Positions 36,420 to 48,868 are shown, counted from the first letter of the whole stretch. The stretch: DNA of 63,920 nt, filler included, from Rozella allomycis CSF55 (GCA_000442015.1; 7 parts of 7 records of this genome joined end to end with filler, not necessarily neighbours in it); one strand, 5' to 3'. The notes: generated by a model not told the origin, from the sequence alone. Numbers and translations are program-made.

Positions 36420-37420
36420 TTGCCGTACTGACTATCATACTTACGCAAGTGTTCTATAAGACACTCCAAAGCCTAATACGGTGCTTTAAAATCTTTTGCA
36501 AAGCCTGATCCCATTTTGTTGTACCTTAACTTATACGAAAGCAACTTTTACCTCTCTATATGTTCCACAATGATATCCTCCCCTCGGTTTTAAAAACAAT
36601 TTAATGTTTTTGTATTCGGAACTGTCATGATAGTCATTTAATATATTCTCAATATATTATCGCGCGTCTTTTTGTTCCTTTCTTACAACATCTTTTGTTT
36701 TGTCCAATTTCGTTTTTGTTGTTCTTATATTTTGCCCTATTAATAAGATGTTACCAAAGTCTTGATAAGTGTTTCCAATCCACAGAACAATGTCTGGCTT
36801 GTCAATAGCCCACTTACGTTCGTCAAAAAAACACCTCTGTCGGAAAAGCTTTATTTGCATGAAAGTGGGCTGGTAGTATCTATCTTATCTGTGGACTTAA
36901 ACTAGATTCAAATCCTTTTTTAATAATGTCTCAGTCTTTGTTTTGTCTGGACTTAAACTAGATTCGAATCCTATTCTCATTAATTTATTTGTCTTTGTTT
37001 TGTTTTTTCATACAAGCCACTTAGTCTATAGCACGTCTTTGTGAAACATTGTCAAAATTGTTTACACTTATTACAAAACTAATTAATAATGATCGTTACT
37101 TTGTCGTATCATTTCCCAAATGGCAACCTCGTAGACTGGTCTTTGACATGTCAATGAATCAAATATGGCTGCTATGTCCATGAACTTTGTATATGTTCTA
37201 GCACTCTAAAGCACTACCTTATATATTTTTTTAACTTTTTTTGGACGATGTCTTTACCTAAATGTATTCGATAATTTGCCCAATCTGGTTGCCTATAAAT
37301 TATTTCGCATTTAATCCTTATAAATATAATTTCGGTTAGATATTGGATATAGGCAAGGTAATTTGTGAAGTTGGGTGTGTAATAGAGGTCTAAGGTTGAC
37401 ATTGCGGCTTCAAGTCTTTG
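36420..37420 (-). pseudogene. Degraded gene with Mrr-like PD-(D/E)xK nuclease remnant
   Basis: Reconstructed RGEDIIVE...KVAFV(*)VK...MGSGFAKDFK at ~36480-36590; short internal peptide repeat GFESSLSP x2. Confidence 0.3.
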
Positions 37421-37499
37421 CGTTAATTTTCTATATTTAAATGAAATATTTACAAAACATGCTTACACTTTAGTTTTAAATTGGCATTACGAAGAAAAC

Positions 37500-38691
37500 A
37501 ATACTTGATATGTGGCTACTTGACAACAATATTTGTATCATACGGACACCAACTATGCCTTCATTTGCGATTACCCCTGTAGCAAGTCCAAAAATCCAAC
37601 CGTCTAGGAAAATTATAATATGCGCTTACAAATCCGACATCGCAAAAGTTGGACTTCATGTTTTGAAAATGACCATGCACCTAGTGATAAAGTTTTGTCT
37701 CGTACTGACAATGATGATGCAGCTATCCTTAGGTGCGTCCCAGCCCAGTTGAACACGTTTCAGATATATATCGACCACTTTCCGCTAACATCCATTACAA
37801 TCAAAGTAAAATGCAAATTTATTTCTGTTTGAAACTAACGGTATTGAATATGAAAAATTTATAAAGCAACTTCAATAAGATAATAACACAAAAACGTAAA
37901 TACAGGTGGAAAGAGACTTATTGGAACAGTGCTAACCTCTACGTGGTGCGATAATAAAGCGCTGAAATATTTTGATTCCACTAATTGTAACTCGTCTCTT
38001 GTGGAAAAAACATATAAATGCAATCGATGTGATCAGAAATTAGCGCCTCTTGTCTCTTTTTAGTGTGATGGCATTTATCACATAGTCGCAGCTGCCCTTA
38101 TATCTTTAGAAACTCACGCAAATTCACATGTTTGATTAAGAATTTGAAACTTATTTTTCCGAAATTTGGATCTCCACAAACGATCATATTTACTATGACG
38201 TTAGCTATTGAAAGAATACCTTTTCGGCCTCACTACGTAGACCTTTTCCATTTTCTACAACCTTTAGACAGAAATCTCAGATTAATAAGATACCTGTCGC
38301 CATAAATTGCGTGAATATGTCCTGGAGATCGAGAAGGACTATCACAATCTCTTTAGTTGCTTTAGATCCCCAATCTGTATTATATATCAAATTTTTCTGA
38401 CACCTTATCTTTAACAAACAGGTTAGCAACAATAAATATCAATGGACTATTTTTTCCTAGCAACTTCCGATTGCCAATCACCGGCCATGCACTTGCGCAC
38501 TTTCTTTTAAATCAAAATAATTAAAATAAAATCTACAATATTTGTTGTCATTATTTATTATGACTATCTGCACTCGGCCTCAGTGGTGAAATCTCATGCC
38601 ATTTCGGCGCATTACCTGCCATTTAGCTCCACTAATCATATTGACGTTCTCATATGGGGTTTACAGACCCCGGGTGTAATTATGTTTAGCC
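37500..38691. mobile_element. Right end of a GGCTAA-ended element with decayed Cys-rich internal ORF
   Basis: Ends in GGGGTTTACAGACCCCGGGTGTAATTATGTTTAGCC, the reverse complement of the 30525-type terminus; ~38458-38491 is an inverted homolog of 28961-28994. Confidence 0.5.
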
Positions 38692-39708
38692 GCCAAAACG
38701 AATATGCGAAATAGGTGTTAATATCGCCGTAAACACTTACAACTTCCCGTTCGCAACGATTTTAAAAACTTTTTCGAAAGGCATTGACATTTTTTCGCAA
38801 GATGTAAAAGAACATTCTGTTTTTCAAATTCTTGATCATAACTTTCTGCCTCACTGTCAAACCCAAAGTCCGTAATGACAAAATAGCTCGCTCCCTAAAA
38901 CACGTGATTGTTTCACTCTGCCTCATCCTCAAATCACTTCCAGCAGCCTTCAACGCAGAAAATATGGAAGTCTAAAAGTTACTATATCACTTACACCAAT
39001 TCTGAGATGTCCAAACTCGACAAGGGATATTTTTGAAGAATTACAGGAATAAGACATTTCACAGCAGGATGATCGAGAACATGGCAATGTAGTCTTCCTA
39101 CATCAAGTATAATAATTGGAGGGATACAGTTAATACATACGCGTTTGAACTCGAAACGGTTTTTTAGAATTTGTAACGCTTACTTTATATTTGATGATAC
39201 TTAAACGAATGCCCAGTTTTATGCATAGGTGCACTGACTTAGTAAAAAACGACTTCAAACTCCCGGATTGTTGGAAGTTAAAGAGTTAGNCAGGAATAAG
39301 ACATTTCACAGCAGGATGATCGAGAACATGGCAATGTAGTCTTCCTACATCAAGTATAAAAATTGGAGGGATACAGTTAATAGATACGCGTTTGAACTCG
39401 AAACGGTTTTTTAGAATTTGTAACGCTTACTTTATATTTGATGATACTTAAACGAATGCCCAGTTTTATGCATAGGTGCACTGACTTAGTAAAAAACGAC
39501 TTCAAACTCCCGGATTGTTGGAAGTTAAAGAGTTAGCAATCCGGCTGCTCTCACATCCGGCCTATTATTTTGTGAGGTAGTCAAGAGACATAGCAAGAAT
39601 TTCGATATTATGGGTACAACACAGCCGCAAAGCCTAAAAAATAAGAGTGAGAAGGACATTTCAGGAATGAAGTGAGAAACCAGGGTCGGGGTATAAATAC
39701 GACCCTTG
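38692..39708 (+). mobile_element. Possible hAT transposase C-terminal remnant; 39045-39289 duplicated at 39291-39535
   Basis: W..LKELAIRLLSHPA resembles the hAT dimerisation domain; terminal CAGGGTCG...CGACCCTTG hairpin. Confidence 0.4.
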
Positions 39709-39910
39709 NNNNNNNNNNNNNNNNNNNNNNNNNNNNNNNNNNNNNNNNNNNNTTAATTAATTAANNNNNNNNNNNNNNNNNNNNNNNNNNNNNNNNNNNN
39801 NNNNNNNNTCAAGGGTACTAAGGTTGCATGATTTGCGTAATTCTATCCCAGCATCAAAACGATATGGTATATACCATAAACGATATGGATAAACTATCAA
39901 TTATCATATA

Positions 39911-40500
39911 TTAAGAAAAATTGTCAAAACTACGACTTGTCAGAAACCGAAGCTGCTGCTTTAAATTCCATTTTTTGCCGAATTTGCAGTAATTGTCGAC
40001 TCGGCCATTCATCCCTATTGTCCTCCCTAAATTTACATATTGTCCTTCACTGTTTTGTTGAAAGCCTAATTCAGAAAGCCTGACCATTCCGTCCATTAAT
40101 TGATATGCACCTATACACTTGAGAGTCTGCCTCAAATACAACTCTAAAAAGTTTAATGTTTCGGCGAGATTTCGATTTCGAAAGGCCATGAATCCAAGTT
40201 CTTTATTAAAAAAATATTGCTCAGGCGAATGCGTTTTCTTTTCAAAATCATGAACACGAATAGTTTGAGCGGTATCCAAATATGCGAAATCCAATTCCAC
40301 GCTGCATTGGTACCGTTTTGACCGCCAACATCAATGCTCTTCATAACAATCTTTTCTAAATTGTTGCGATTGTTAGCGTCTAACGCTATACAATGTTCAA
40401 TGAGATTTAAGGACTCATAATTTCGATGATTTTAAGGTATTGGTGTCCACGGGCACACGTTCATGTTCAAAGTCATGTAGAGTTTTAAAATGGCTGTCAA
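39911..40500 (-). pseudogene. Hypothetical/degraded gene
   Basis: 129-aa ORF plus frameshifted upstream coding-like sequence. Confidence 0.3.
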
Positions 40501-40707
40501 CAATTCCACTATCTTTTCTGGGCGTAAATTTTTATTCTTTCGGTAAAGTCGCTTTTATCACAAAATTCGCTGTCGTGTAGAATACTAGAATTACTTTTGT
40601 TGGAAATGAGCTGGTTTTGTAAAGCTTCTAATGCCGTGCTCAATTCTAATATAAAAGTTGAAATTTTCAATTTTTCAGGAGGGCCCCAAGGGTTAGGGTT
40701 TTAAACT

Positions 40708-41220
40708 ATGGCGTCTAGTAGTGTCTACCCACTTTACCAAGAGAAGAAAAATAGACGTTGAAAAAGCCTCAGAAAAATATTAGAGTTGTTGACAACCATT
40801 TCGAACACCTACTACAAAAACAATATGGACATGAAGCAGTCGATCTTTTCAAAAATTACGAGATCTAGAAAAAATAGAAAGTCGGTGGGCTTGATCTCAG
40901 ATTCTCAAGGCAGTGGCTACCGAACACTGAACAGATGAATGAGGCTACGGAACAAAAGAATCAGGCGATAAAACTTGAATACGATAAACTTAATAATGAT
41001 CTTTCCGAGAAGATAGCTTCATTAATAGAGAAGAAAATACAAACCAAATGTTAGTCGAAGGCTCGAATTCCTAAAGGAAAGAATCGAAATCCGTAAAAGT
41101 CAAATGGAAAAAAACAAGTAGAGTGAAAGATATCGAGAGTCCGTGTTGTCAATGACTCAATGTATTGAAAGCGTGAATGAACCATCATTGAGATTAAGCG
41201 CCTATATTTCATTGATTGAA
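40708..41220 (+). pseudogene. Decayed paralog of the N-terminal exon of the HNH gene at 41620
   Basis: AAACTATGGCGTCTAGTAGTG...CCAAGAGAAGAAAAATAGACGTTGAAAAAGCCTCAGAAAAAATA aligns with 41620-41700; frameshifts and stops. Confidence 0.7.
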
Positions 41221-41619
41221 TGAAATCCTGTTGAATTCAATTATAATACTTCTATCTTAATTTTACCTAAGGCAATTTTTCCACTTTGTCGCGCAAAAAA
41301 GCATTCAGTTGGATATTTGACTTTATTTATTTAATTATCCTTGATGGAAGAGTCAATGACTTATCAGTTATCAACTTCAAATTGATTCACAAATAACCCG
41401 AGTATATTCTGATGGTGAAAAGTTTTAAATACGTCTTTTATAATGGTTTGACATGTTTTCCTATTTCTGAAGATTATTCTATTTCTGTTAGTTATGTATT
41501 TGTCATTTAATGTGTATATAGAAGATAGGTAAGGTTCTACTGAGAAAAAAAATGGTCGTCATGGGTGCTAAGCTGCTAGCCCTGAAACCTAGTTAGATAA
41601 AAAAAATACAAACTATACA

Positions 41620-42804
41620 ATGGCATCTAATAGTGAGCATAAATCCAACAACTTTCCTAAGAGAAGGAAACTAGATGCAGAAAAAGCGCCAGAAAAAATA
41701 GCAGCCTTATTGGCACACGTTTCAGGACTACTGGAGGCTCGACAAAGAGTGAGTGAAAATAGACAAGTTGATATTGATGATATTGGTAAAATACAACAAG
41801 ATATATTAAAATATGCTAAAAAATTGGAAAAACTTGAGAAAGATGGTCAATCTGCTACGGCTTCAGCTCAACTCTACAAGGATTTGATAAAAAAGAACAC
41901 TGAACGTAGAGATGAGGCTATGAAGGCATTTAAATTGCAGAATGAGGCGTTTAAATTGCAGAATATGTTGCGAAAAAAGCTGTTTGAAAAAATAGGAAAA
42001 GAACTTGAAAAGGAAACTCTTGATGAAAGGTCTGTCGACCATTGGCAGGAAAAGATAGAGTCCATTAATATGCAAATAAACGAAATATACATGTTAGACC
42101 CAATCATGATCAAATTTAATGAAATTAAGAATCAATTTCATCTTATCAAAGAATATTTTACCAGTAAATAAAAAGTATATTCATGATAAGATGACTATGA
42201 AGAATTCAAAAACAGATTGTTGGAAAGAGATTGTATTGATGTTGACGGTCATAGACAATACCGATGCATGGTTTCAGGTGAAGTAATGAATCCCAAGTAC
42301 TTGGAAGCTGCTCACATAATTCCTGTTAATGTTTTTGATCGTGTGAAAACTGAAGCGGAGAAATATTTGCACAAAGAAGAACATGGGTCTATGGACGTAC
42401 GAAACGGGCTTATTTTATGCAAACCAATTCATGATTTTTACAATGATGAAGTTTTTAGGATTGTTTTTGACGAAGACTCTCAACGATACCAATGTATAGC
42501 TTTTCTTGGCCATCAAGATGTTTGGGAACTTTCTTCATACGGATTTGCACTAAACGATCAAAAAAAACTTGTTAAATGGATAACATTTAGGAATGATAAG
42601 AAGGAACAATGGCCCAGTCCACATCTATTGGAAATTCGAGAACGTCCTAAGATTAAGGCAGCAGTTTTGGTTGATGGAAGCTATAGTGAAAGCGACGATG
42701 ATGAGAATGAAAATGATATGATTCAAGGTTCTGAAAATGATTCAAATTGGAAAGTTCAGGAATACCTCACAAGCTTACAGGCACAAAACGGCACCGATAT
42801 GTGA
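41620..42804 (+). CDS. Coiled-coil header + HNH (HNH_2 type) endonuclease, Crinkler-like
   Basis: Two ORFs joined by a 27-nt intron at 42164-42190; KRRKL NLS; CMVSG...EAAHIIP...DVRNGLILCKPIHDFY...WPSPHLL. Confidence 0.85.
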
Positions 42805-43914
42805 CGGCATACTAACTTTGCAATAAAATATTATTTCTTTGGACGAAAATACAGTTTTTTTAAAATGCTTTTGAAGAATACTCTCAAAGATACAAATATC
42901 CCTCTTTCAATACCGATTGCTTAAATAGTTTTGTCAAACTGTTAGAATTAGGCATTCAAAAAGATGATTATGGCGTATGGGCGAAACGTTAAATTAAGGG
43001 AAGATAAGATGGAATAGCAAACAATTTTTAGAGATTCTAGAATGCATAGAAATTGAAGAAAATAATTGGGGTTATTATAGCTGTAATGGAAATGAAGATG
43101 AATGACTCGAAGCAAGTACTCCTCGTTAATTGGGCGAAGATTTTGTTGAATAAGTTGACCAAAAAGTAATTCTTGATCTTTTGACTTAAAGGTATGTTAT
43201 TTAATTCATGTTTTCTCTCGCTTCCAACTCTCTTTTGTCAAAATTTCAAGCCAGCTCACGGTTTCTGAGCTCACCTGTAACACTAAAAGCGGATTTACCA
43301 TGGCGGTTGACAAGAATAGAATCGAACCTTCCGTGATGCTAAATAATAATGAGGGGCATTTTTTATTGTGTATGCTTATACCACCCGTTGTCAAACCCGC
43401 TCTTTAAGGGTTTCGGGCGTGGGACCGTGGGTAAAATGGAATGTGTAATTCTATTTGTTAGTCTTGCCTTCGCTTCAAGTCAAAAGTGTATAAAAATTAT
43501 TTTTCAATATGAATGTGAGTGAAGCCAGACGAGTACAAACCCTAACTTGGATCTTAGACAATGGCCGGGGCTGTATGTGCTAACTAGCACACGAACCCGT
43601 TAATATGAGCGAAGCGTCCTAGAAACAAAAGGTTTGCTTAAGCGCAAATATGGACTATAAAATTGCAAAATCGTACATTCCTACCATCTTACTTTATCTA
43701 ACTCAAATTCAAGTGACACTGTATTCTTTGCGATAATACTATTTCATTTCGAGCCATTATGCATAACAGATGTTGAAATCGGAGTTTAAGGAAATCATGA
43801 TAGTACGCTACCTGAAAGTTCCGCCTCGTATTTATAGAATAAATTGAACACAGATCGCTAACCAAATGAAAATTTCATATGAAACGTAAAGTTTTAAATA
43901 ATACGAATAATAAT

Positions 43915-46323
43915 TTATTGATTAGAATTTGAGGATCCAGCTTGATTGTTTAATTTACGCTTTTTAGTCTTCATTTCATTTTCAAGAAATTCCTTTTCAG
44001 CTACATTTAAACCATTTTTTCTAATATTGTAGAAAAGCTTTGTTCGCTTATCAAGGCTCAATATTCTATCACGATAAGTATTCCAATCCAAATGATACTT
44101 CACTAACGTCCCCGATGGATCGACGTAATAGAAATCAAACAAGACATTCATGTCTTTTGCAGCACTGGATAATTTCTTCTTGTCTTTAGCAATCTCAAAA
44201 ATTTTATCAGCATCAGCATTAAGACTAGCGAGTGGCTTGACCGTCGGAGAAGGCGAAGCGAGGTTGGAAGGAGCAGGGCTAGAGGATGACCCAATGTTTG
44301 AAGAAACTTCGCGAGACGATGAAGTACTCAGAGGTGATAAATCAACATTAGAGTAAGATGCACCCGATGTTTGTGGCTGCCTTGGATGAGTTTGTGGCGG
44401 CTGTTCAGGTAGACTGAATGGCGTGTGAATTTGAGTAGCGGCTAACGCCTGCTGAATGATGTTAACATTTTCTTGAGTTTCATACTTAAAGGCAAATGGA
44501 ACTTCAATTCCATTTTCTATATATGTAGACATGGCCAATTTTATAAAACCACTGGCGTATTTGGTTACTTCAACAACAAGTTCTAAAAATTGAAGAATAT
44601 CTTTTCTCTTTAATGATATCAATCTATCAAATTCAAGTGACACCTTTCTCGTAAGTACCATTTCTTCCCAAACAAATCGGTAAAATCCCTTAATCAAAAG
44701 CTCCGAAACAAATCCATTTAACAAAGGGGCATCAGTAATAGAACTTATAATTTGTAGATGTTGATGATCCAAATTAATATTTGAGCTTAATGATTGCAAA
44801 ATAACCAAAGCATATTCAAAGTATTTTTGCACTAAAAGAATATCGAACATAACTTGAGCATCTTCTGCAGTAACAGTGCGAGTGAACAACCATCTATTCC
44901 AATCTACTACACCGGGAAATATTGATTGGTGATTATAGAGAGGAATTGTGTTACCACGCAATTTTTTCCAAAATTCCGACACCGTTTCATCGTATTTAAG
45001 ATTGTCTGGAAGAGCGATTGTTTTTGTGTTAAAGAATAATCTAATGCTCATAAATCTATCAATGTTGATTTCTTCGAAATACGAAACAATCTTAAATGCG
45101 AAGGTGAAGTTTTCTTGCATTACAGCATTAATGAAAATATAAACAGATTTTCCAAAAACATTTAAATCGTTATCAACTTCTTTGATAGCTTTGAAAATAA
45201 TTTGAGCGTCTTGAGGAACATTTTCAAAGTCTAAGAGAATAGAACTAGGTCTACCGTCATTTAGATAGCCACGAATGGTTTTCTTTATAATTTCTTCCTT
45301 TGCCGAATAATTAAATTTTTGTAAAAGAAAATTCAAAAGCTCTTGATCTTCATCCTTAATTGCACTTTCAAACAAAGCATCGTGACATTTTAGTCCACAC
45401 ACACTCATCAACGAAACAACATCATTCTCAGCAAGCCGTTCTATTGGGATTGATTCTTTTCTTTTGATGTAAATTTCATTTAACGCGAAGTAAACATTTT
45501 TATGCTTTATCACAAAGTTAAACCAATATGGAACTCTTGATGTATCTAATTTCACAAAAACATCCATTTTTTCCAAATCATAAAAAAATCTGTCAAAATA
45601 ATTCACATCGAGATCCCAGATATTCATTATTCGAGCTATGAATTCACTATCCCGTCCTTGAACCACTTGGCGAAAAGTAAGCCAACTCTTTATTACCAAT
45701 TGAGTGTCAGATTTAAAGTTGTCCAGCATTTGCATTTTATATTGAAGATAATAATTGCCATCAAATATCATGGCTTCTGCAACATCATATTTCCCGGTTT
45801 CAACTGCATAATTGAACGTATTCATCACATCCTTCTTATCTTGCCTAAATAGATATCTCAGAAAATTCAAAAGTTTTTTATCAACAGCCTCATTCAAAAT
45901 TTCATTTCTTGATTTCTTCTGAGGGTCCACCAGAAACTTGAAAATATTATCGCAGATCATCTTCCCCAAATGTTCGTCACTGTATTCTAAATCACCAGAG
46001 GCTTCACTTTTGACTTGCAGGCCGCTTTCTAGTACCCTGTTACACACATTAAAAATATCATAATGGTATTTTGCCAAGAATCCATAATACTCTTCATATT
46101 CGTCACCAGATTTTGAAACCTTGGCAATGGCCTTCAGAGTATTCAACACAAACGACTTCTTTATAAATATCGACTCGATTTCGTTCTTGTGAGTCAGCCA
46201 TTCTTTAAGATTTTTAACACGAATTAGTTCGTATATCAAAGGATAGTTGCTATAATCTTCAACTTTGACGCAGACCACAAAGGTCGCTAACAAACAAAAA
46301 GCAAGAAACACACACTTGAACAT
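43915..46323 (-). CDS. Secreted alpha-helical (ankyrin-like) protein with Ser/Pro linker and C-terminal NLS; candidate effector
   Basis: Intronless ~800-aa ORF; signal peptide MFKCVFLAFCLLATFVVC; degenerate ank-like motifs (FNYAVETGKYDVAEAMI, LFESAIKDEDQELLNFLL); KTKKRKL near the C-terminus. Confidence 0.75.
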   Translation of the reverse strand: MFKCVFLAFCLLATFVVCVKVEDYSNYPLIYELIRVKNLKEWLTHKNEIESIFIKKSFVLNTLKAIAKVSKSGDEYEEYYGFLAKYHYDIFNVCNRVLESGLQVKSEASGDLEYSDEHLGKMICDNIFKFLVDPQKKSRNEILNEAVDKKLLNFLRYLFRQDKKDVMNTFNYAVETGKYDVAEAMIFDGNYYLQYKMQMLDNFKSDTQLVIKSWLTFRQVVQGRDSEFIARIMNIWDLDVNYFDRFFYDLEKMDVFVKLDTSRVPYWFNFVIKHKNVYFALNEIYIKRKESIPIERLAENDVVSLMSVCGLKCHDALFESAIKDEDQELLNFLLQKFNYSAKEEIIKKTIRGYLNDGRPSSILLDFENVPQDAQIIFKAIKEVDNDLNVFGKSVYIFINAVMQENFTFAFKIVSYFEEINIDRFMSIRLFFNTKTIALPDNLKYDETVSEFWKKLRGNTIPLYNHQSIFPGVVDWNRWLFTRTVTAEDAQVMFDILLVQKYFEYALVILQSLSSNINLDHQHLQIISSITDAPLLNGFVSELLIKGFYRFVWEEMVLTRKVSLEFDRLISLKRKDILQFLELVVEVTKYASGFIKLAMSTYIENGIEVPFAFKYETQENVNIIQQALAATQIHTPFSLPEQPPQTHPRQPQTSGASYSNVDLSPLSTSSSREVSSNIGSSSSPAPSNLASPSPTVKPLASLNADADKIFEIAKDKKKLSSAAKDMNVLFDFYYVDPSGTLVKYHLDWNTYRDRILSLDKRTKLFYNIRKNGLNVAEKEFLENEMKTKKRKLNNQAGSSNSNQ

Positions 46324-47237
46324 ATGACAAGGGTTATACAATTTTCGAAATTTTTACGCAATACAGTGGCTTGTAGTCATATGGTGCCTAATCTATTTAT
46401 AGTTTCCCAAAAATAGGCGATACTATACAGAAACTTTTTGAAAGTCGTAAGAATATGACTGTGAATAGTGTATTCATGATTGGGTCACCCATATTTAATT
46501 AGAATATGTATCAAGACAGCTAGCACAAACCCAGAACATTCACAATTTTACATCAAGTTCAAGCAACGCTTAATCGCAGGCAGTGTCAGCTTGGCAATAT
46601 TCAGAGTCGGTCAGACTCCGTCTTGCGCTAAAGCGGATGATTCAAATATTTGCGTGTTGCTACCACTTCATATTCTATATCCAGATTACCAATGATAAGC
46701 TCCAAAGTAGAGAATATATATGCGCGTTAAGCAATGTGCGTTAAGCGTATACTGCAGTGAAGAAATTTCTGAACTTTCTAGTATTGAATTATAAAGACGA
46801 TTCGAATGGTTATTTTCAACTTCCTGTCTCAAGAAACGGCTAAAAATATTTTACAGCAAGAAAAGTCTGAGAACAAAGTTTTGTTATTTCTCTCATTCTG
46901 TATGAAATTATCTTGGAGAAATGGATGAAGATTCTTCAAAAGTGTTCAAGTTTAAATATCAAAACCAATGTGGCATACCTGATACCATATAGGCTTACTG
47001 CTTAGGCTAAAACTTTAAGAAAAATGTACATAATTAAATTATTTCAGTTGTTATATGTAATTTCTTTATTCTTTTTTATTGTCTTTAAAATGACCATTAT
47101 GTTATAGATGCAAAGCGATCAGTGTTCAATTCATGCANNNNNNNNNNNNNNNNNNNNNNNNNNNNNNNNNNNNNNNNNNNNTTAATTAATTAANNNNNNN
47201 NNNNNNNNNNNNNNNNNNNNNNNNNNNNNNNNNNNNN

Positions 47238-48260
47238 GCCTCCAGAAGACAAAGAAGACGAATCACCAATAAAAGATTAAAGTTTTGATGTTTATCTCTT
47301 TTTACCATCCTTCTTTTTTTCAGGCAGCAGTTTAAAGGAATATCTTGATATGAATGTGGAACAAGCTGCATTCTATCACCATCCTTTAGTGACAAAGTCA
47401 TCAGTACTCTCTTTCTCAATGTATTTTGAGAAGTTTTCACATCTCGATATCGTTAGTCGCTAACATAAAATTAACAATAATGAGGACATCTCATCTACTG
47501 CTACAATAAACTCAGGCTTTTATTAAAGAATAAATGAACTATCAGACAATAAATCTTCATCCTTGACTTCCAAATCATCAGGACTAGAGAAAAGAGTAGC
47601 TTTGACACCAATATTTTTGAGAAAAGAAACCATTTCTTCATTGAATTCAGAATGAGGGATGATGACATAAGCTTTCCCGTTTGAAGTCGTTGGTAACGTA
47701 GCACTGTGAATACGGGAGCTTGTAGATTTGTTCAAGGCTCTGAGTTTGGCCCATTCGGCGTCAGTAAAAAGCGACGGAAGAGGCGTTGGGAATTTTGGGT
47801 CACCAGCATTGATTTGAATCATATCTCCATTCTCGTCTTCCTGCTCATAAGAATCCGTTTCAAGATGTGACTCCATCCCGGATTCTTGTCTTTTTTGCCA
47901 ACTTTGATAGCCTCCAAGACATCCCCAAAAGTAGCACCTAGTTTAGATTTTTCTTTGAAAACGTAGTAGGTGGAGAGTTTGAAGGCTAGAGCATCCAAGT
48001 ATTTTCTACAAGAGGCCTCTACAATCATTTTTCGTGTGGTCACTAGGCGACTTGATTTCCCAACAGCAGCAGTCTTGACAACAAGTGGAGNACCAAGTAT
48101 TTTGTACAAGAGGCCTCTGCACTCATTTTTCGTGTGGCCACTAGGCGACTTGATTTCCCAACAGCAGCAGTCTTGACAACAAGTGGAGCGTCAGCATACT
48201 TTCCAGCATCCCCAAGTGACTTGATAGTATCAGTGGGTCTGATTTCTGTAGTTCCATCTG
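47238..48260 (-). pseudogene. Frameshifted hypothetical gene or repeat-derived ORF
   Basis: Coding-like ORFs in successive frames, with a duplicated segment across the N at 48092. Confidence 0.3.
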
Positions 48261-48427
48261 ATTGGTAGAGAGTGATGGGAGTATTTTGAGGAATTTCTCA
48301 CTTAATTGATAAGAAAACTTGTATATTAAACTGTACTGGATTTAGATAAGAATTTTTGCCTCAATTTGGATGAGTTTATCAGAGAATTTCATTTAAAATA
48401 AATGGTATCATTCGGTGCTCTATCTAT

Positions 48428-48768
<341 letters not shown>

Positions 48769-48868
48769 NNNNNNNNNNNNNNNNNNNNNNNNNNNNNNNN
48801 NNNNNNNNNNNNTTAATTAATTAANNNNNNNNNNNNNNNNNNNNNNNNNNNNNNNNNNNNNNNNNNNN

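Noticed and set aside
30525-38691. A single 8-kb TIR element spanning both GGCTAA termini
   Set aside because: A scaffold linker lies between them and the flanks (TAATTTGT versus GCCAAAAC) show no TSD
39045-39535. ~245-bp direct repeat
   Set aside because: Near-identical copies on either side of an N; assembly overlap or allelic duplication, not CRISPR or LTR
40690-40702. GGGTTAGGGTT telomere-like word
   Set aside because: Under two repeats and internal; expected by chance
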